Positions 19,339-29,258 of a stretch of DNA of 64,000 nt are shown piece by piece. The position numbers and the translations under genes are program-made. Under the pieces are notes generated by a model. That model did no database searches, was not told where the DNA came from, and saw only the letters and a list, made by a program, of their open reading frames with translations. Location: contig JBJKXR010000036.1 in assembly GCA_045561495.1 (NCBI GenBank), positions 521-64,520 on the forward strand, in the 5' to 3' direction. Each line of letters opens with the position of its first letter. The stretch's first letter is position 1. The DNA is from Flavobacteriales bacterium. Its GTDB lineage: Bacteria > Bacteroidota > Bacteroidia > Flavobacteriales_C > GCA-002722245.

Positions 19339-20805
19339 TTAGTTTTTTTTGGTTTTCAACCAATCACTATATGTACCTTTTAAATATCCTTCGTCAATAA
19401 AGTAGTCCAAAACCGGATCAATTTGATTTTTACTAAAATATTGAGGTACACTCATAACTAAGTTACCATCTGAATCAAGGAAAGCGTAATTAGGAAATGA
19501 AAGTTGATTTTTACTTAATCCAAGTGCCAATTGATGAATCCCGTTTTGATTGATTAATTCTCTGCCTTTGTATTTTATTGTTTTCTTTTCGTTAATCATA
19601 AACTTCACTGCATGAAAGTTGTTGCTGATTTTTTTTGCGGTGCTGGCTACTCTAAAATTTTCCTTGTCCATTAGGTTGGACGTAACGCTGTTTGGATGCA
19701 TAATATGCACAAGTATTTTCTTTTTATCCTTTTTAGCCGCTTTTAAGGCAGATTCAAAGTCTATCCAATCTACTGGGTCTTTGGGTGCCTTATAGTCTGG
19801 AGAATATACAAGTTTAAAATCATTTACAAATGTTGGAACATCTCTGGATGTATTGTATACGCCTTCTGCTATAAAAGCAAGGTATCCATATAAATCTGGT
19901 ACTTTTTGAAAGCCTTTTAATGGCATATTGGCTTTCAAACTATCTCCAAACAAAAGAATGAAGGTAGGATAGGACATTTGTCCGCGGCAAAGCTCAATAG
20001 CAACATCATGTGTGCTTTTTCGCGCGCGGCGGACGAAATTATTATATTGATTTTTTTTTCTTTTAAAATCAGATTTTTCTGGATTATATAGTTTTTCGTT
20101 TTTTAAGTTTTTCACCTGGCTTTTTAATTCATTAAGCTCAGTTTTAAAAGTGTTTATTCCGGAGTAAACATTTTTTTTACCATTTAATTTTTTTAAAGAT
20201 TTTATGGTTTTTTTATGTTTTTTAAATTCATTTTTGGAAATGTGGTTTTTCTCAAATTCATTTTTGGTGTAATTTTTTAAAAATTTAAAGTTTGACTTTA
20301 ATTTTGATTTCAAAACTTTACTATCAATAGAATCCTTTAAAATGTGTTCAGTTCTCGATGCTACTTCTTGTAGAAAGCTGATTTTAGGATTGAAAGTATT
20401 GATTTTACGGGTTATGATTGAATCATTTTTTTTGATTTTAATTTCTTGCGCACTTAGGTCATTTTTTAGGCTATCCAACAATTGTTTCACCTTTTCTTGT
20501 TGAGTATTAAAATACGTTTTGCCCATGAATCTAACAGAATCAGAAGTTTCTGCATTTAATTTTACAGGATAAAAGTTGGCATTTAAGTATTGGGCTACAC
20601 TGATATCTTGAAATGTTGATGCATCCATCTTTTTACACCAGCCGCACCAGTCTGTGTATACATCAATAAACATAGGCTTTGGGTTTTGCTTGTATAAAGA
20701 ATTTGCTTCTTCAAGTGATAACCAATTTATTGGACCTTTGTGTTTTTGAGCAAAATTTAAAAAGGAAATAGAAGTTAAAAGTAGTGTGAAAAGTAATCTA
20801 AGCAT
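19339..20805 (-). CDS. secreted thioredoxin-fold protein (DUF255/TlpA-like) with large K/N-rich low-complexity insertion
   Basis: Signal peptide. WCGWCKKMD CxxC motif. Second thioredoxin-like C-terminal domain. ~190-aa Lys/Asn-rich linker. Confidence 0.55.
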   Translation of the reverse strand: MLRLLFTLLLTSISFLNFAQKHKGPINWLSLEEANSLYKQNPKPMFIDVYTDWCGWCKKMDASTFQDISVAQYLNANFYPVKLNAETSDSVRFMGKTYFNTQQEKVKQLLDSLKNDLSAQEIKIKKNDSIITRKINTFNPKISFLQEVASRTEHILKDSIDSKVLKSKLKSNFKFLKNYTKNEFEKNHISKNEFKKHKKTIKSLKKLNGKKNVYSGINTFKTELNELKSQVKNLKNEKLYNPEKSDFKRKKNQYNNFVRRARKSTHDVAIELCRGQMSYPTFILLFGDSLKANMPLKGFQKVPDLYGYLAFIAEGVYNTSRDVPTFVNDFKLVYSPDYKAPKDPVDWIDFESALKAAKKDKKKILVHIMHPNSVTSNLMDKENFRVASTAKKISNNFHAVKFMINEKKTIKYKGRELINQNGIHQLALGLSKNQLSFPNYAFLDSDGNLVMSVPQYFSKNQIDPVLDYFIDEGYLKGTYSDWLKTKKN

Positions 20806-20902
20806 TAAAAAAGTTGTTTAATATCTAAAACGTGAAGATACCTACAAAATAATAAATTACTAATTTTGTCGATTATTAAAATGAACACTTTATCTGCCAA
20901 GC

Positions 20903-22450
20903 TTGACCATAGTGCAATTAATAAAAGTTAAAATAGTATTGATTTTAGTAGTTACTTTTAACTTGAGTGACTTAGAAGCGCAGGCACCGTTCGGGATTTG
21001 GAGTTATGGGATTTCAGGTTCTCTAGAAAATTTTTTTAGAACGTTAAAAGACCCCAGTCGATTTAATATTAATCCCGATTTTAATTTTGGGCTAACTGAT
21101 GCAGAGTATATTGCTCAAAGAAATTTGGCAGACAAACCCTATTTCCCAGGAAAAACAATTGGATTGATGTTGGATTATAAAATTGGTTCTAGGTTAAATT
21201 TTGAATCTGGTTTAAATTTTGTTCAAGGAGGTTCAAAAGTAGAGGTTAGTAAGTTTACCAATTTTCCGTTGGTGCAAGAGTTTGGAATTGAGAACTATAG
21301 TGAAACGGTTGTGAGTAAATTTAGCATATTGGAAGTTCCGCTCGTAATCCGCCACAGAATAGGTATTGCAAACAAGTTGGATTTATCCAGAAGAAAAACA
21401 GGCGCTTCACTAACCAATATGTATCGCCATTTTTTTTTCAGTTATGGTATTGGATTAGGGGTGCCAGTTAATGGAAGTAACTTTTACAATGGGATAGAAT
21501 ATCGCGATATATCAGGAAACATGGGCGTATCCGCATTGGGAGGCATTGGTTTTCATATGAATACTCGTTCTCCCTTTTTTATAAACATAAGAGCAAACGT
21601 TAGAGCAACACTTTTGGGTTACTATGAATATGCACCCGTAAAGTCTTTCTATCATAGTGTAGGAGCTCAAGTCAAATTAGGATATCGACTTGCATATGAA
21701 GTTGAGGAAGAAACCATTAATAAGCCTACAGATTGTGCTTCTTTTGTAAACGCTCCAAATGTATCGAGCAGACCTAAGCTGGTTTTTGGAATGAAATATG
21801 GCGCTCAATCTAATTTTGTCATGGGCTCCAGTGCATCTGACCCATTAATTGGATTTAAAGGAATTGTCCCTGCTTCAGAAGCACAAATTGAAACTGCGGT
21901 TGGTGAAATGCAATCCATTTTTACACCTCATGTCGGATTACATTTTGAATATTTATTCCATCCCCACTTTTCTCTTGGATTTAGCCCATCATACAGTCAA
22001 AGAGGATTTAAGTCATACCACACTTACTTTTTAAACGACGGTAGAACTCTTAAAACAAGGCAAAGAGCCTATATAGACTATATTGACATTCCAGTCCGTT
22101 TACTATTTTACCAAAGTCCTAAATTTTTTGTTCACTCTGGGCCTATTTTATCAATACAGGCATCAGAGCGTTTGTATGATTATTATCAGGTGTATGATGG
22201 ATTGATAAATTTTCCGAACGATAATTTAAATTATGCTGATAAGATAACACTTAAGCGATATTTTGGTGATCCTGTTGATGGTTTTACAGCAGGTTGGGAA
22301 ATTGGTGGAGGGACTCATGTTGATGAGGCTTTTTCTGTTTCCGCACAACTTTCTATGTATGAAGGGATATTTCAGAGGGGAAGTGGAAGACCACAAATAT
22401 GGAATACTACGTTATCAATTTCAGCATATTACTTTTTTATAAAAAAATAG
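20903..22450 (+). CDS. hypothetical outer-membrane beta-barrel protein
   Basis: Signal-like hydrophobic N-terminus. Alternating-hydrophobic beta-strand pattern. C-terminal aromatic residue. Confidence 0.35.
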   Translation: MTIVQLIKVKIVLILVVTFNLSDLEAQAPFGIWSYGISGSLENFFRTLKDPSRFNINPDFNFGLTDAEYIAQRNLADKPYFPGKTIGLMLDYKIGSRLNFESGLNFVQGGSKVEVSKFTNFPLVQEFGIENYSETVVSKFSILEVPLVIRHRIGIANKLDLSRRKTGASLTNMYRHFFFSYGIGLGVPVNGSNFYNGIEYRDISGNMGVSALGGIGFHMNTRSPFFINIRANVRATLLGYYEYAPVKSFYHSVGAQVKLGYRLAYEVEEETINKPTDCASFVNAPNVSSRPKLVFGMKYGAQSNFVMGSSASDPLIGFKGIVPASEAQIETAVGEMQSIFTPHVGLHFEYLFHPHFSLGFSPSYSQRGFKSYHTYFLNDGRTLKTRQRAYIDYIDIPVRLLFYQSPKFFVHSGPILSIQASERLYDYYQVYDGLINFPNDNLNYADKITLKRYFGDPVDGFTAGWEIGGGTHVDEAFSVSAQLSMYEGIFQRGSGRPQIWNTTLSISAYYFFIKK

Positions 22451-23235
22451 TGAGATTATTCATAGCCATATTATACCTTTTGTTATTTGTTCAATCTCCT
22501 TTAAAGGCTCAAGAAACGCCATCCGAAGTCGAGGGGAAAAGACGATATAAAGCACAATCTTATTTAAGCGGACATGTTGATTATGTTTACTCCTATTTAA
22601 ATGGAGTAGGAGGGAATGAAAAGGCACAATTTTATAAGGATTATGTTCAAGACTTAAATAACAATGGAATCATCGCTGAGGGCGGTTTAACTGGAAGGCA
22701 TGGATTTTCATTGGGAGTTTCTTATGATCAATATTTAAGCAGAAGGTATGCTTTACATCATCAATGTAGTTATTGGCAAACAGGATATCGCGAAAAATTA
22801 AATGTTGTAAACCTAAAAGAATCTGGCGAAATGCTTCAAACTAAAACGTTCAAAGCAAATTTAGATTATGTTCATATTTTGAGTGGACTTAAATATTATA
22901 GTGATTATGGCGTAACGCTTACTTTAGGTGGTTTTGTTAATTATAACATAGTTGATAAAATTGAAAATACAGAATCTTCGAAAATGACTGGGAGCTTTGG
23001 TGATGTAGATACTAGTACAAGCCAACAATTGTATTTTCACGAGTATTATGGAGAGAACCGAGTAGTATTTTTAACAGGCGGCGTTTTCAGTATCGGGTAT
23101 AAATGGCATAATGTAGAATTTGACGCTTCAATAAAGTTAACAGGTCCTATTCTTGATGAAATTGACAACAAAATTTTCAATGTATATCAATTTGGGATAC
23201 GGTATACAATTCCAACAAAAAAAGAAGATATTTAA
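22450..23235 (+). CDS. hypothetical outer-membrane beta-barrel protein (probable GTG start overlapping upstream stop: TAGTG)
   Basis: GTG start gives signal peptide MRLFIAILYLLLFVQSPLKAQ. Beta-barrel-like sequence. ORF track start 22399 lacks a signal peptide. Confidence 0.35.
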   Translation: MRLFIAILYLLLFVQSPLKAQETPSEVEGKRRYKAQSYLSGHVDYVYSYLNGVGGNEKAQFYKDYVQDLNNNGIIAEGGLTGRHGFSLGVSYDQYLSRRYALHHQCSYWQTGYREKLNVVNLKESGEMLQTKTFKANLDYVHILSGLKYYSDYGVTLTLGGFVNYNIVDKIENTESSKMTGSFGDVDTSTSQQLYFHEYYGENRVVFLTGGVFSIGYKWHNVEFDASIKLTGPILDEIDNKIFNVYQFGIRYTIPTKKEDI

Positions 23236-23354
23236 TTTTAAATGACATAGTTGCCGTTTACAACCTTCTTTTGGATGATAATTAATGGGTAACCATTACC
23301 AAAATTGTTATTAATTAAGTAGTTTTGCACATTCATTTACACTAGTGTGGTAAT

Positions 23355-24020
23355 ATGCCAAACAGAAAGTTTGTTTTTGATTTTGATAGTACGTTAACTT
23401 CAGTGGAAGGTTTAGATGTATTAGCCGAGATTTCTTTACGAAATAATCACGATAAAGATAATATTATCAATAAAATTCAAGAAATCACAGACTTAGGCAT
23501 TGATGGGGATATTTCTTTTTCAGATTCGCTGAGTAGTAGAATAGCACTTTTAAAAGCAAATAAGTCTCAATTGTCTGAATTGGTTGATGTATTGAAAACA
23601 AAATTATCAGAATCAGTTAAGGCAAATAAAGAGTTTTTTACAAAATACCAGAATCAAATTTATGTAATCTCATGTGGTTTCAAGGAATTTATTGAACCTG
23701 TTGTTGCTGAGTTGCAAATTGGTCCGGAAAGAATTTTTGCGAACACATTTACATTCGACGAAACAGGACTAATCACTGGATTTGATGAAACCAATCCTCT
23801 TTCTCAGCATAATGGAAAAGTAAATTGCTTGAAATTATCAGGGATTCAAGGAGAAATTCAAATTATAGGGGATGGATATTCCGATTTTGTAATGAAAGGA
23901 GAAGGTGTTGCAGATAAATTTTTTGCGTATACTGAGAATGTTTCAAGAAAAAAGGCTACTGATAATGCTGATTATATTGTAGCTAGTTTAGATGAGTTTT
24001 TGATTATTAATAAACTATAA
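23355..24020 (+). CDS. serB: HAD-family phosphoserine phosphatase (SerB-like)
   Basis: DFDSTLT (DxDxT) HAD motif I. GDGYSD motif IV. Directly upstream of serA. Confidence 0.65.
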   Translation: MPNRKFVFDFDSTLTSVEGLDVLAEISLRNNHDKDNIINKIQEITDLGIDGDISFSDSLSSRIALLKANKSQLSELVDVLKTKLSESVKANKEFFTKYQNQIYVISCGFKEFIEPVVAELQIGPERIFANTFTFDETGLITGFDETNPLSQHNGKVNCLKLSGIQGEIQIIGDGYSDFVMKGEGVADKFFAYTENVSRKKATDNADYIVASLDEFLIINKL

Positions 24021-24025
24021 CCATA

Positions 24026-25249
24026 ATGGCGGTTTCTTTTCCAAAAAATAAGATTAATGTTCTTCTTTTAGAAGGAGTTCATGATGACGCAGTTGAGGCT
24101 TTTAAAAATGAAGGCTATAATGTAAATTACTCTCCGGATAGTTTAAGCGAAGAAGATTTGTGTGAAAAAATTAAAGACGTTCACATTCTTGGAATTCGAT
24201 CAAAAACTAAAATTACTCAGAAAGTAGTTGATTCAGCAGATAAACTATTAGCAGTTGGAGCATTTTGTATTGGTACTAAGCAAATTGATTTAGATGCATG
24301 CAAAAAGAGAGGGATTGCTGTTTTTAATGCTCCATATTCCAATACACGATCAGTTGTAGAGCTCGCTATAGGTCAGATTATTTTATTAATGCGAAGTACT
24401 TTTGTAAGAAGTACAGAGTTGCATAATGGAATTTGGAAAAAAACAGCTTCAGGAGCGCGTGAAGTAAGGGGTAAAGTACTGGGTATTATCGGTTATGGTA
24501 ATATTGGTAAGCAGTTGTCTGTGCTTGCTGAAGCAATGGGCATGAAAGTTATTTTTTATGATCAGCTAGAGAAGCTTGCATTAGGAAATGCTGAAAAGAG
24601 AAATTCAATGAAAGCTGTCTTCAGTGAAGCAGATGTTGTTTCATTGCATGTTGACGATAACTCAGACAACAAAAACTTAATAGGAAGAGAGGAGTTTTCT
24701 CAAATGAAGGACGGGGTTGTGTTTATAAATCTTGCAAGAGGTTTTGTTGTTGATATCCCTGCATTAGTAGAAGCTCAAAATTCAGGAAAAGTAGCTGGTG
24801 TAGCTGTTGATGTTTATCCGGTTGAACCTAAATCTAATGATGAGCCATTTTTATCTGAGTTATCCGGTCAACCAAATACTATTTTAACCCCCCATATTGG
24901 AGGAAGTACAATGGAGGCGCAAAAGCATATTGGGAACTTTGTTCCTGTTAATATTATTTCATATGTAAATACAGGGTCATGTTTTGACGCAGTTAATTTA
25001 CCTAGAATTAAACTTGCTCCTCAAAAAGAGGGACATCGATTTTTACTTATTCATGAAAACATTAGCGGAGTTGTTGCAGAGGTGAATAGTATTTTGGCAA
25101 AATATGAAATGAATATTACCGGGCAGTTTTTAAAAACAGATGAGTCCGTTGGTTATTTAATTAGCGATGTAATTAAGAGTTATAACGAAGATATACTCCA
25201 AGAATTAAGGGCGGTAAAAGGAAAGATTAAATTTCGTTTGTTGTACTAA
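24026..25249 (+). CDS. serA: D-3-phosphoglycerate dehydrogenase with C-terminal ACT-like domain
   Basis: 2-hydroxyacid DH family. NAD-binding GYGNIGK. Catalytic His region TPHIGGST. Confidence 0.85.
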   Translation: MAVSFPKNKINVLLLEGVHDDAVEAFKNEGYNVNYSPDSLSEEDLCEKIKDVHILGIRSKTKITQKVVDSADKLLAVGAFCIGTKQIDLDACKKRGIAVFNAPYSNTRSVVELAIGQIILLMRSTFVRSTELHNGIWKKTASGAREVRGKVLGIIGYGNIGKQLSVLAEAMGMKVIFYDQLEKLALGNAEKRNSMKAVFSEADVVSLHVDDNSDNKNLIGREEFSQMKDGVVFINLARGFVVDIPALVEAQNSGKVAGVAVDVYPVEPKSNDEPFLSELSGQPNTILTPHIGGSTMEAQKHIGNFVPVNIISYVNTGSCFDAVNLPRIKLAPQKEGHRFLLIHENISGVVAEVNSILAKYEMNITGQFLKTDESVGYLISDVIKSYNEDILQELRAVKGKIKFRLLY

Positions 25250-25298
25250 ACTATTGTTCTTGAGAAAAAAACGTATTTTTACCAATTCATTTTGAGTT

Positions 25299-25988
25299 AT
25301 GGCAGAAAAAGAGAAAGATTTAAATCCAGGGAAAAATCCAGAAACTTTAGAAGAATCTTTAAGTAAAACCGAAGTTTTATTAGAAGAAAATAAAAAGTTG
25401 ATTACCAATATATTGGTTGGGATTATTATTGTAATTGCGCTTGTTTTTGGTTATAATAACTGGTTTTCTGAGCCAGCAGAAAAGGCAGGTTTTGAAAGTA
25501 TTTGGCCAGCTCAAAAATATTTTGATCAAGATTCAATTCAAAAAGCTATTGAAGAATTTGATTATGTTGCATCCGAGCACAGTGGCACAAAGGCTGGTAA
25601 TTTAGCCAATTTGTATCTAGGACTATCACTACTTAAAGATGAGCAATTTGAAGACGCTTTGAATTCTTTTGAAACTTTTGACGCTAGCGGTGAATTATTT
25701 CCTGGCTTAAAATTAGGGTTAATAGGAGATTGTCATAGTGAACTAGGTAATGTTGATGAGGCAGTAGCAACCTACAAGAAAGCAGCAAAATTATTGGACG
25801 CAAAATCAGTTTCGCCCTATTATTTAAAGAAAGCAGGTATATTGCTTGAACAAAATGATGATGTAGATGGTGCAATTGAAGTATACGAATTGGCAATAAA
25901 CACGTATTTAAAAGATGCTCAACCATCTTTGCAAAAGATTAAAAATGAGATGAAAAAGTTATTGGCTAGGGCGAATGCCTCTAAATAA
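25299..25988 (+). CDS. membrane-anchored TPR repeat protein
   Basis: Single N-terminal TM after ~40 aa. TPR-like helical repeats. Conserved position upstream of ribH. Confidence 0.45.
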   Translation: MAEKEKDLNPGKNPETLEESLSKTEVLLEENKKLITNILVGIIIVIALVFGYNNWFSEPAEKAGFESIWPAQKYFDQDSIQKAIEEFDYVASEHSGTKAGNLANLYLGLSLLKDEQFEDALNSFETFDASGELFPGLKLGLIGDCHSELGNVDEAVATYKKAAKLLDAKSVSPYYLKKAGILLEQNDDVDGAIEVYELAINTYLKDAQPSLQKIKNEMKKLLARANASK

Positions 25989-26051
25989 TAATTTTTTTAA
26001 AATATATTCTTAAAAGTGCAACCAATGGTTGCACTTTTTTATTTTTGCACT

Positions 26052-26543
26052 ATGGCAACGAAAAATAATAATTTATCGGCTTTTGATTCTAAAAAGATTC
26101 CATCTGGAAGAGGTAAGAAAATAGGCGTTGTAATTAGTGAATGGAACGCCGAAATTACTGAAGGATTAAAGGAAGGCGCTGTGGATGCACTTTTGGAATG
26201 TGGTACATATTCAAAAGATATTCTTACTGAATATGTGCCCGGAACTTTTGAGTTGCCTCTTGGAGCACAGTTTTTACTGGAGTCAAAAGAGGTTGATGCT
26301 GTTATTGCAATTGGCTGCGTAGTAAGAGGTGAAACTGCTCATTTTGATTACGTATGCCAAGGAGCTACTCAAGGAATTCAAGAGGTTAGTTTGCAGTACA
26401 ACAAACCAGTAATGTTCTGTGTGTTAACTGACGACACCATTGAGCAAAGTCGAGCAAGAAGTGGTGGTAAGTATGGGAATAAAGGGACAGAAGCCGCGGT
26501 TGGTGCTTTGAAGATGCTAGGCTTGAGGGATAAGTTAAAATAA
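26052..26543 (+). CDS. ribH: 6,7-dimethyl-8-ribityllumazine synthase
   Basis: KIGVVISEWNAEIT... VIAIGCVVRGETAHFDYV lumazine synthase signature. Start at ATG 26052 (track ORF 26016). Confidence 0.9.
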   Translation: MATKNNNLSAFDSKKIPSGRGKKIGVVISEWNAEITEGLKEGAVDALLECGTYSKDILTEYVPGTFELPLGAQFLLESKEVDAVIAIGCVVRGETAHFDYVCQGATQGIQEVSLQYNKPVMFCVLTDDTIEQSRARSGGKYGNKGTEAAVGALKMLGLRDKLK

Positions 26544-26580
26544 CTTGTTGCGTCTGTGTAATGATTGAAAACGAAAAGGA

Positions 26581-27684
26581 TTGATTTTAAAAGAACTATC
26601 GGCGGTAAATTTTAAAAATTTTTTGGGAGTAGAAATTTCTCTAAATCCAAAAATTAACTGTTTTGTTGGAAATAATGGGCAAGGTAAAACCACAATTCTG
26701 GATGCCATATATTACTTGTCTTTTTGCAAATCTTTTTTAAACCCCATTGATTCTCAAAACATCAATCATAAAGATGCTTTTTTTGTCCTGCAAGGGGAAT
26801 ATGAAAGGTCCGGTAAAACTGAGCGAATATACTGTGGACTTAAAAAGGGACAGAAAAAAATATTTAAAAGAAATAAAAAGGAATACGAAAAGCTTTCCGA
26901 TCACATAGGCTTGTTTCCATTGGTGATTATTTCGCCGTCTGATTCCGATTTAATTACCCTTGGTAGTGACTTAAGAAGAAAGTTTTTAGATGGAATTATA
27001 TCGCAATTTGATTCAGTTTATTTAGAAAACCTATTGATATATAATAAAGCGTTAAATCAAAGAAATGCATTATTAAAATATTTTCAAAAGAATAGAACAT
27101 TTAATCAAGATCAGTTGGATAGCTGGGATAATCAATTGGTTAAGTATGGAGAAGTTTTGTATGAAAAGCGTCAAAAGTTAATTCAAGACTTAGCACCAGT
27201 TTTTCAAAAGTATTACCAACAAATTTCTGGTGGGCGGGAAGAAGTTGAATTGGTTTACCAATCTCAATTAATGAAAGGAAGCTTCTTGGATCAACTAAGA
27301 AATTCTTTGCCTGAAGATTTGCGCAAACTATTTTCAACCGTAGGGGTGCATAAAGACGATTTAGTATTTCAAATATCAGGAAGGCCAGTTAAAAAGTTTG
27401 GATCTCAAGGTCAACAAAAATCTTTTTTGATTGCTCTCAAACTCGCACAGCTTGAATTTTTAAAAAACACAGTAGGTACTCACCCCATATTACTTTTAGA
27501 TGATGTTTTTGATAAATTGGATGAAGAGAGAGTTGCTCATATTTTGGAAATGGTAAATGGAAACCATTTTGGACAAATTTTTTTATCGGACACTCACCCA
27601 AAAAGAATTGAAGATATTTTATCAAGATTACAATTGGAAAGTTCTGTTTTTGAAGTGTCCAATCTTGAGGTAATCCAGAGGTGA
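26581..27684 (+). CDS. recF: DNA replication and repair protein RecF
   Basis: Walker A GNNGQGKTTILDAI. SMC-like signature and Walker B LLLDDV. TTG start. Confidence 0.9.
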   Translation: MILKELSAVNFKNFLGVEISLNPKINCFVGNNGQGKTTILDAIYYLSFCKSFLNPIDSQNINHKDAFFVLQGEYERSGKTERIYCGLKKGQKKIFKRNKKEYEKLSDHIGLFPLVIISPSDSDLITLGSDLRRKFLDGIISQFDSVYLENLLIYNKALNQRNALLKYFQKNRTFNQDQLDSWDNQLVKYGEVLYEKRQKLIQDLAPVFQKYYQQISGGREEVELVYQSQLMKGSFLDQLRNSLPEDLRKLFSTVGVHKDDLVFQISGRPVKKFGSQGQQKSFLIALKLAQLEFLKNTVGTHPILLLDDVFDKLDEERVAHILEMVNGNHFGQIFLSDTHPKRIEDILSRLQLESSVFEVSNLEVIQR

Positions 27685-27711
27685 TTTAATGCATAAATAA
27701 TGTGATAATTA

Positions 27712-28518
27712 TCATTTAGTTGAATTAACTGCCTTTCTAACACTTCCATACTCTAACAGCAGTTTTTGGGCTTTCTCGTAATTCAAACCTGTTGCTTCCA
27801 TAATCATTTGGGTTCCCCGATCAACAAGCTTGTCATTGCTTAACTGCATATCTATCATTTTATTTCCAAGAACATGTCCTAATTGAATCATAGCAGAAGT
27901 TGAAATCATATTTAGAATAAGCTTTTGAGCAGTTCCAGCTTTCATTCTTGTACTTCCCGTAACGAATTCAGGTCCAACAATTGCAGTAATGGGAAATTGA
28001 GCAGCTTTTGCTAAGGGACTATTTTCATTACAAGTGATACAGCCTGTCGCGATTCCTTTGCTATTGCATTCCAGTATTGTTGAAACAACATAAGGGGTGG
28101 CTCCACTTGCCGCAATTCCAATTACTACATCGTTGGAGTTTATTTTAAATTTCTGCAAATCTTCCCATCCCTGAGTTGTACTGTCTTCAGCAAATTCTAC
28201 TGCTCTTCTAATTGCGTTATCTCCACCTGCAATAATTCCAATAACTATACCATCACTAACTCCAAAAGTAGGTGGACATTCACTGGCGTCAAGGATTCCC
28301 AATCTTCCACTTGTTCCTGCACCAATGTAAAATAATCTTCCGCCTTTTTTCATCTTGGAAACAACATGGCAAATTAAATTTTCAATATCAGGTAGGATTT
28401 TCTCTATAATTTCTGGGACTGATTTATCTTCTCTGTTCATATTTTGAATTAACTCCAAAACACTCATTTCTTCCAAGTCATTGTAATTTGAATTTTGTTC
28501 AGTCGTATTTTTTGTCAT
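27712..28518 (-). CDS. murQ: N-acetylmuramic acid 6-phosphate etherase
   Basis: SIS domain with GAGTSGRLG and GxxxE motifs. 268 aa. Confidence 0.9.
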   Translation of the reverse strand: MTKNTTEQNSNYNDLEEMSVLELIQNMNREDKSVPEIIEKILPDIENLICHVVSKMKKGGRLFYIGAGTSGRLGILDASECPPTFGVSDGIVIGIIAGGDNAIRRAVEFAEDSTTQGWEDLQKFKINSNDVVIGIAASGATPYVVSTILECNSKGIATGCITCNENSPLAKAAQFPITAIVGPEFVTGSTRMKAGTAQKLILNMISTSAMIQLGHVLGNKMIDMQLSNDKLVDRGTQMIMEATGLNYEKAQKLLLEYGSVRKAVNSTK

Positions 28519-28609
28519 TTAATAAAGCAATTTCCGATTCCAAAACCTAAAAATACATATTAAGTAATTCAATTGAATAATTATATAAGTTTAATACTTA
28601 AATTTAAGT

Positions 28610-29179
28610 ATGCATGATATAGAACCACATTACAGCTGGCGTCACTTATATACTGCTGAAAATGATCCCATATCCCCTTTTTATGGTCGGGAGTATAGTG
28701 AATTTGCTTTTTTAGATAGGGTTTACAACCATTTAATTCATCCTCAATGGGATAATATTGGTTCTCCAACACTTTTTATGAAGCTCTTGTATTGCAATTA
28801 TAACGAAGAATTTGCCATTATTGAATTTATAGGTGAATGGAATGATTGTTTGTACAACGACATAATGATTTTAAAACGAGAAGTTATCGATTTGTTAGTA
28901 GCTGAAGGTATTAAAAAATTTTTGTTGGTAGGAGAGAATGTCTTAAATTTTCACTATTCAGATACTTGTTATTATGAAGAATGGATTGAGGAAATAGACG
29001 GTGGTTGGGTAGCTGCAGTTAATTTTCAGAATCATGTTCTTCAGGAAATGTCTCAAGTTGGAATTGATGAATATTTTTTGTGGGGTGGTGATTTGAATGA
29101 TTTGTCATGGAGAACCTACAAGCCTCAAGATTTAAAATTAAAGATTGAAATTATTTTTAATCGTTTAATTGGAATCTAA
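28610..29179 (+). CDS. hypothetical cytoplasmic protein
   Basis: 189-aa ORF, no recognisable motif. Confidence 0.35.
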   Translation: MHDIEPHYSWRHLYTAENDPISPFYGREYSEFAFLDRVYNHLIHPQWDNIGSPTLFMKLLYCNYNEEFAIIEFIGEWNDCLYNDIMILKREVIDLLVAEGIKKFLLVGENVLNFHYSDTCYYEEWIEEIDGGWVAAVNFQNHVLQEMSQVGIDEYFLWGGDLNDLSWRTYKPQDLKLKIEIIFNRLIGI

Positions 29180-29258
29180 TTTGCTTCAAATCACTATTAT
29201 TCATTGATATTCGCCACTTTTTTATACTTTTGCAGTTGCTCAAAAAATTATTTTTAAT

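Noticed and set aside
25684-27625. Minus-strand ORFs 25684..25926, 27140..27337 and 27437..27625
   Set aside because: Antisense within the TPR protein and recF coding regions; spurious.
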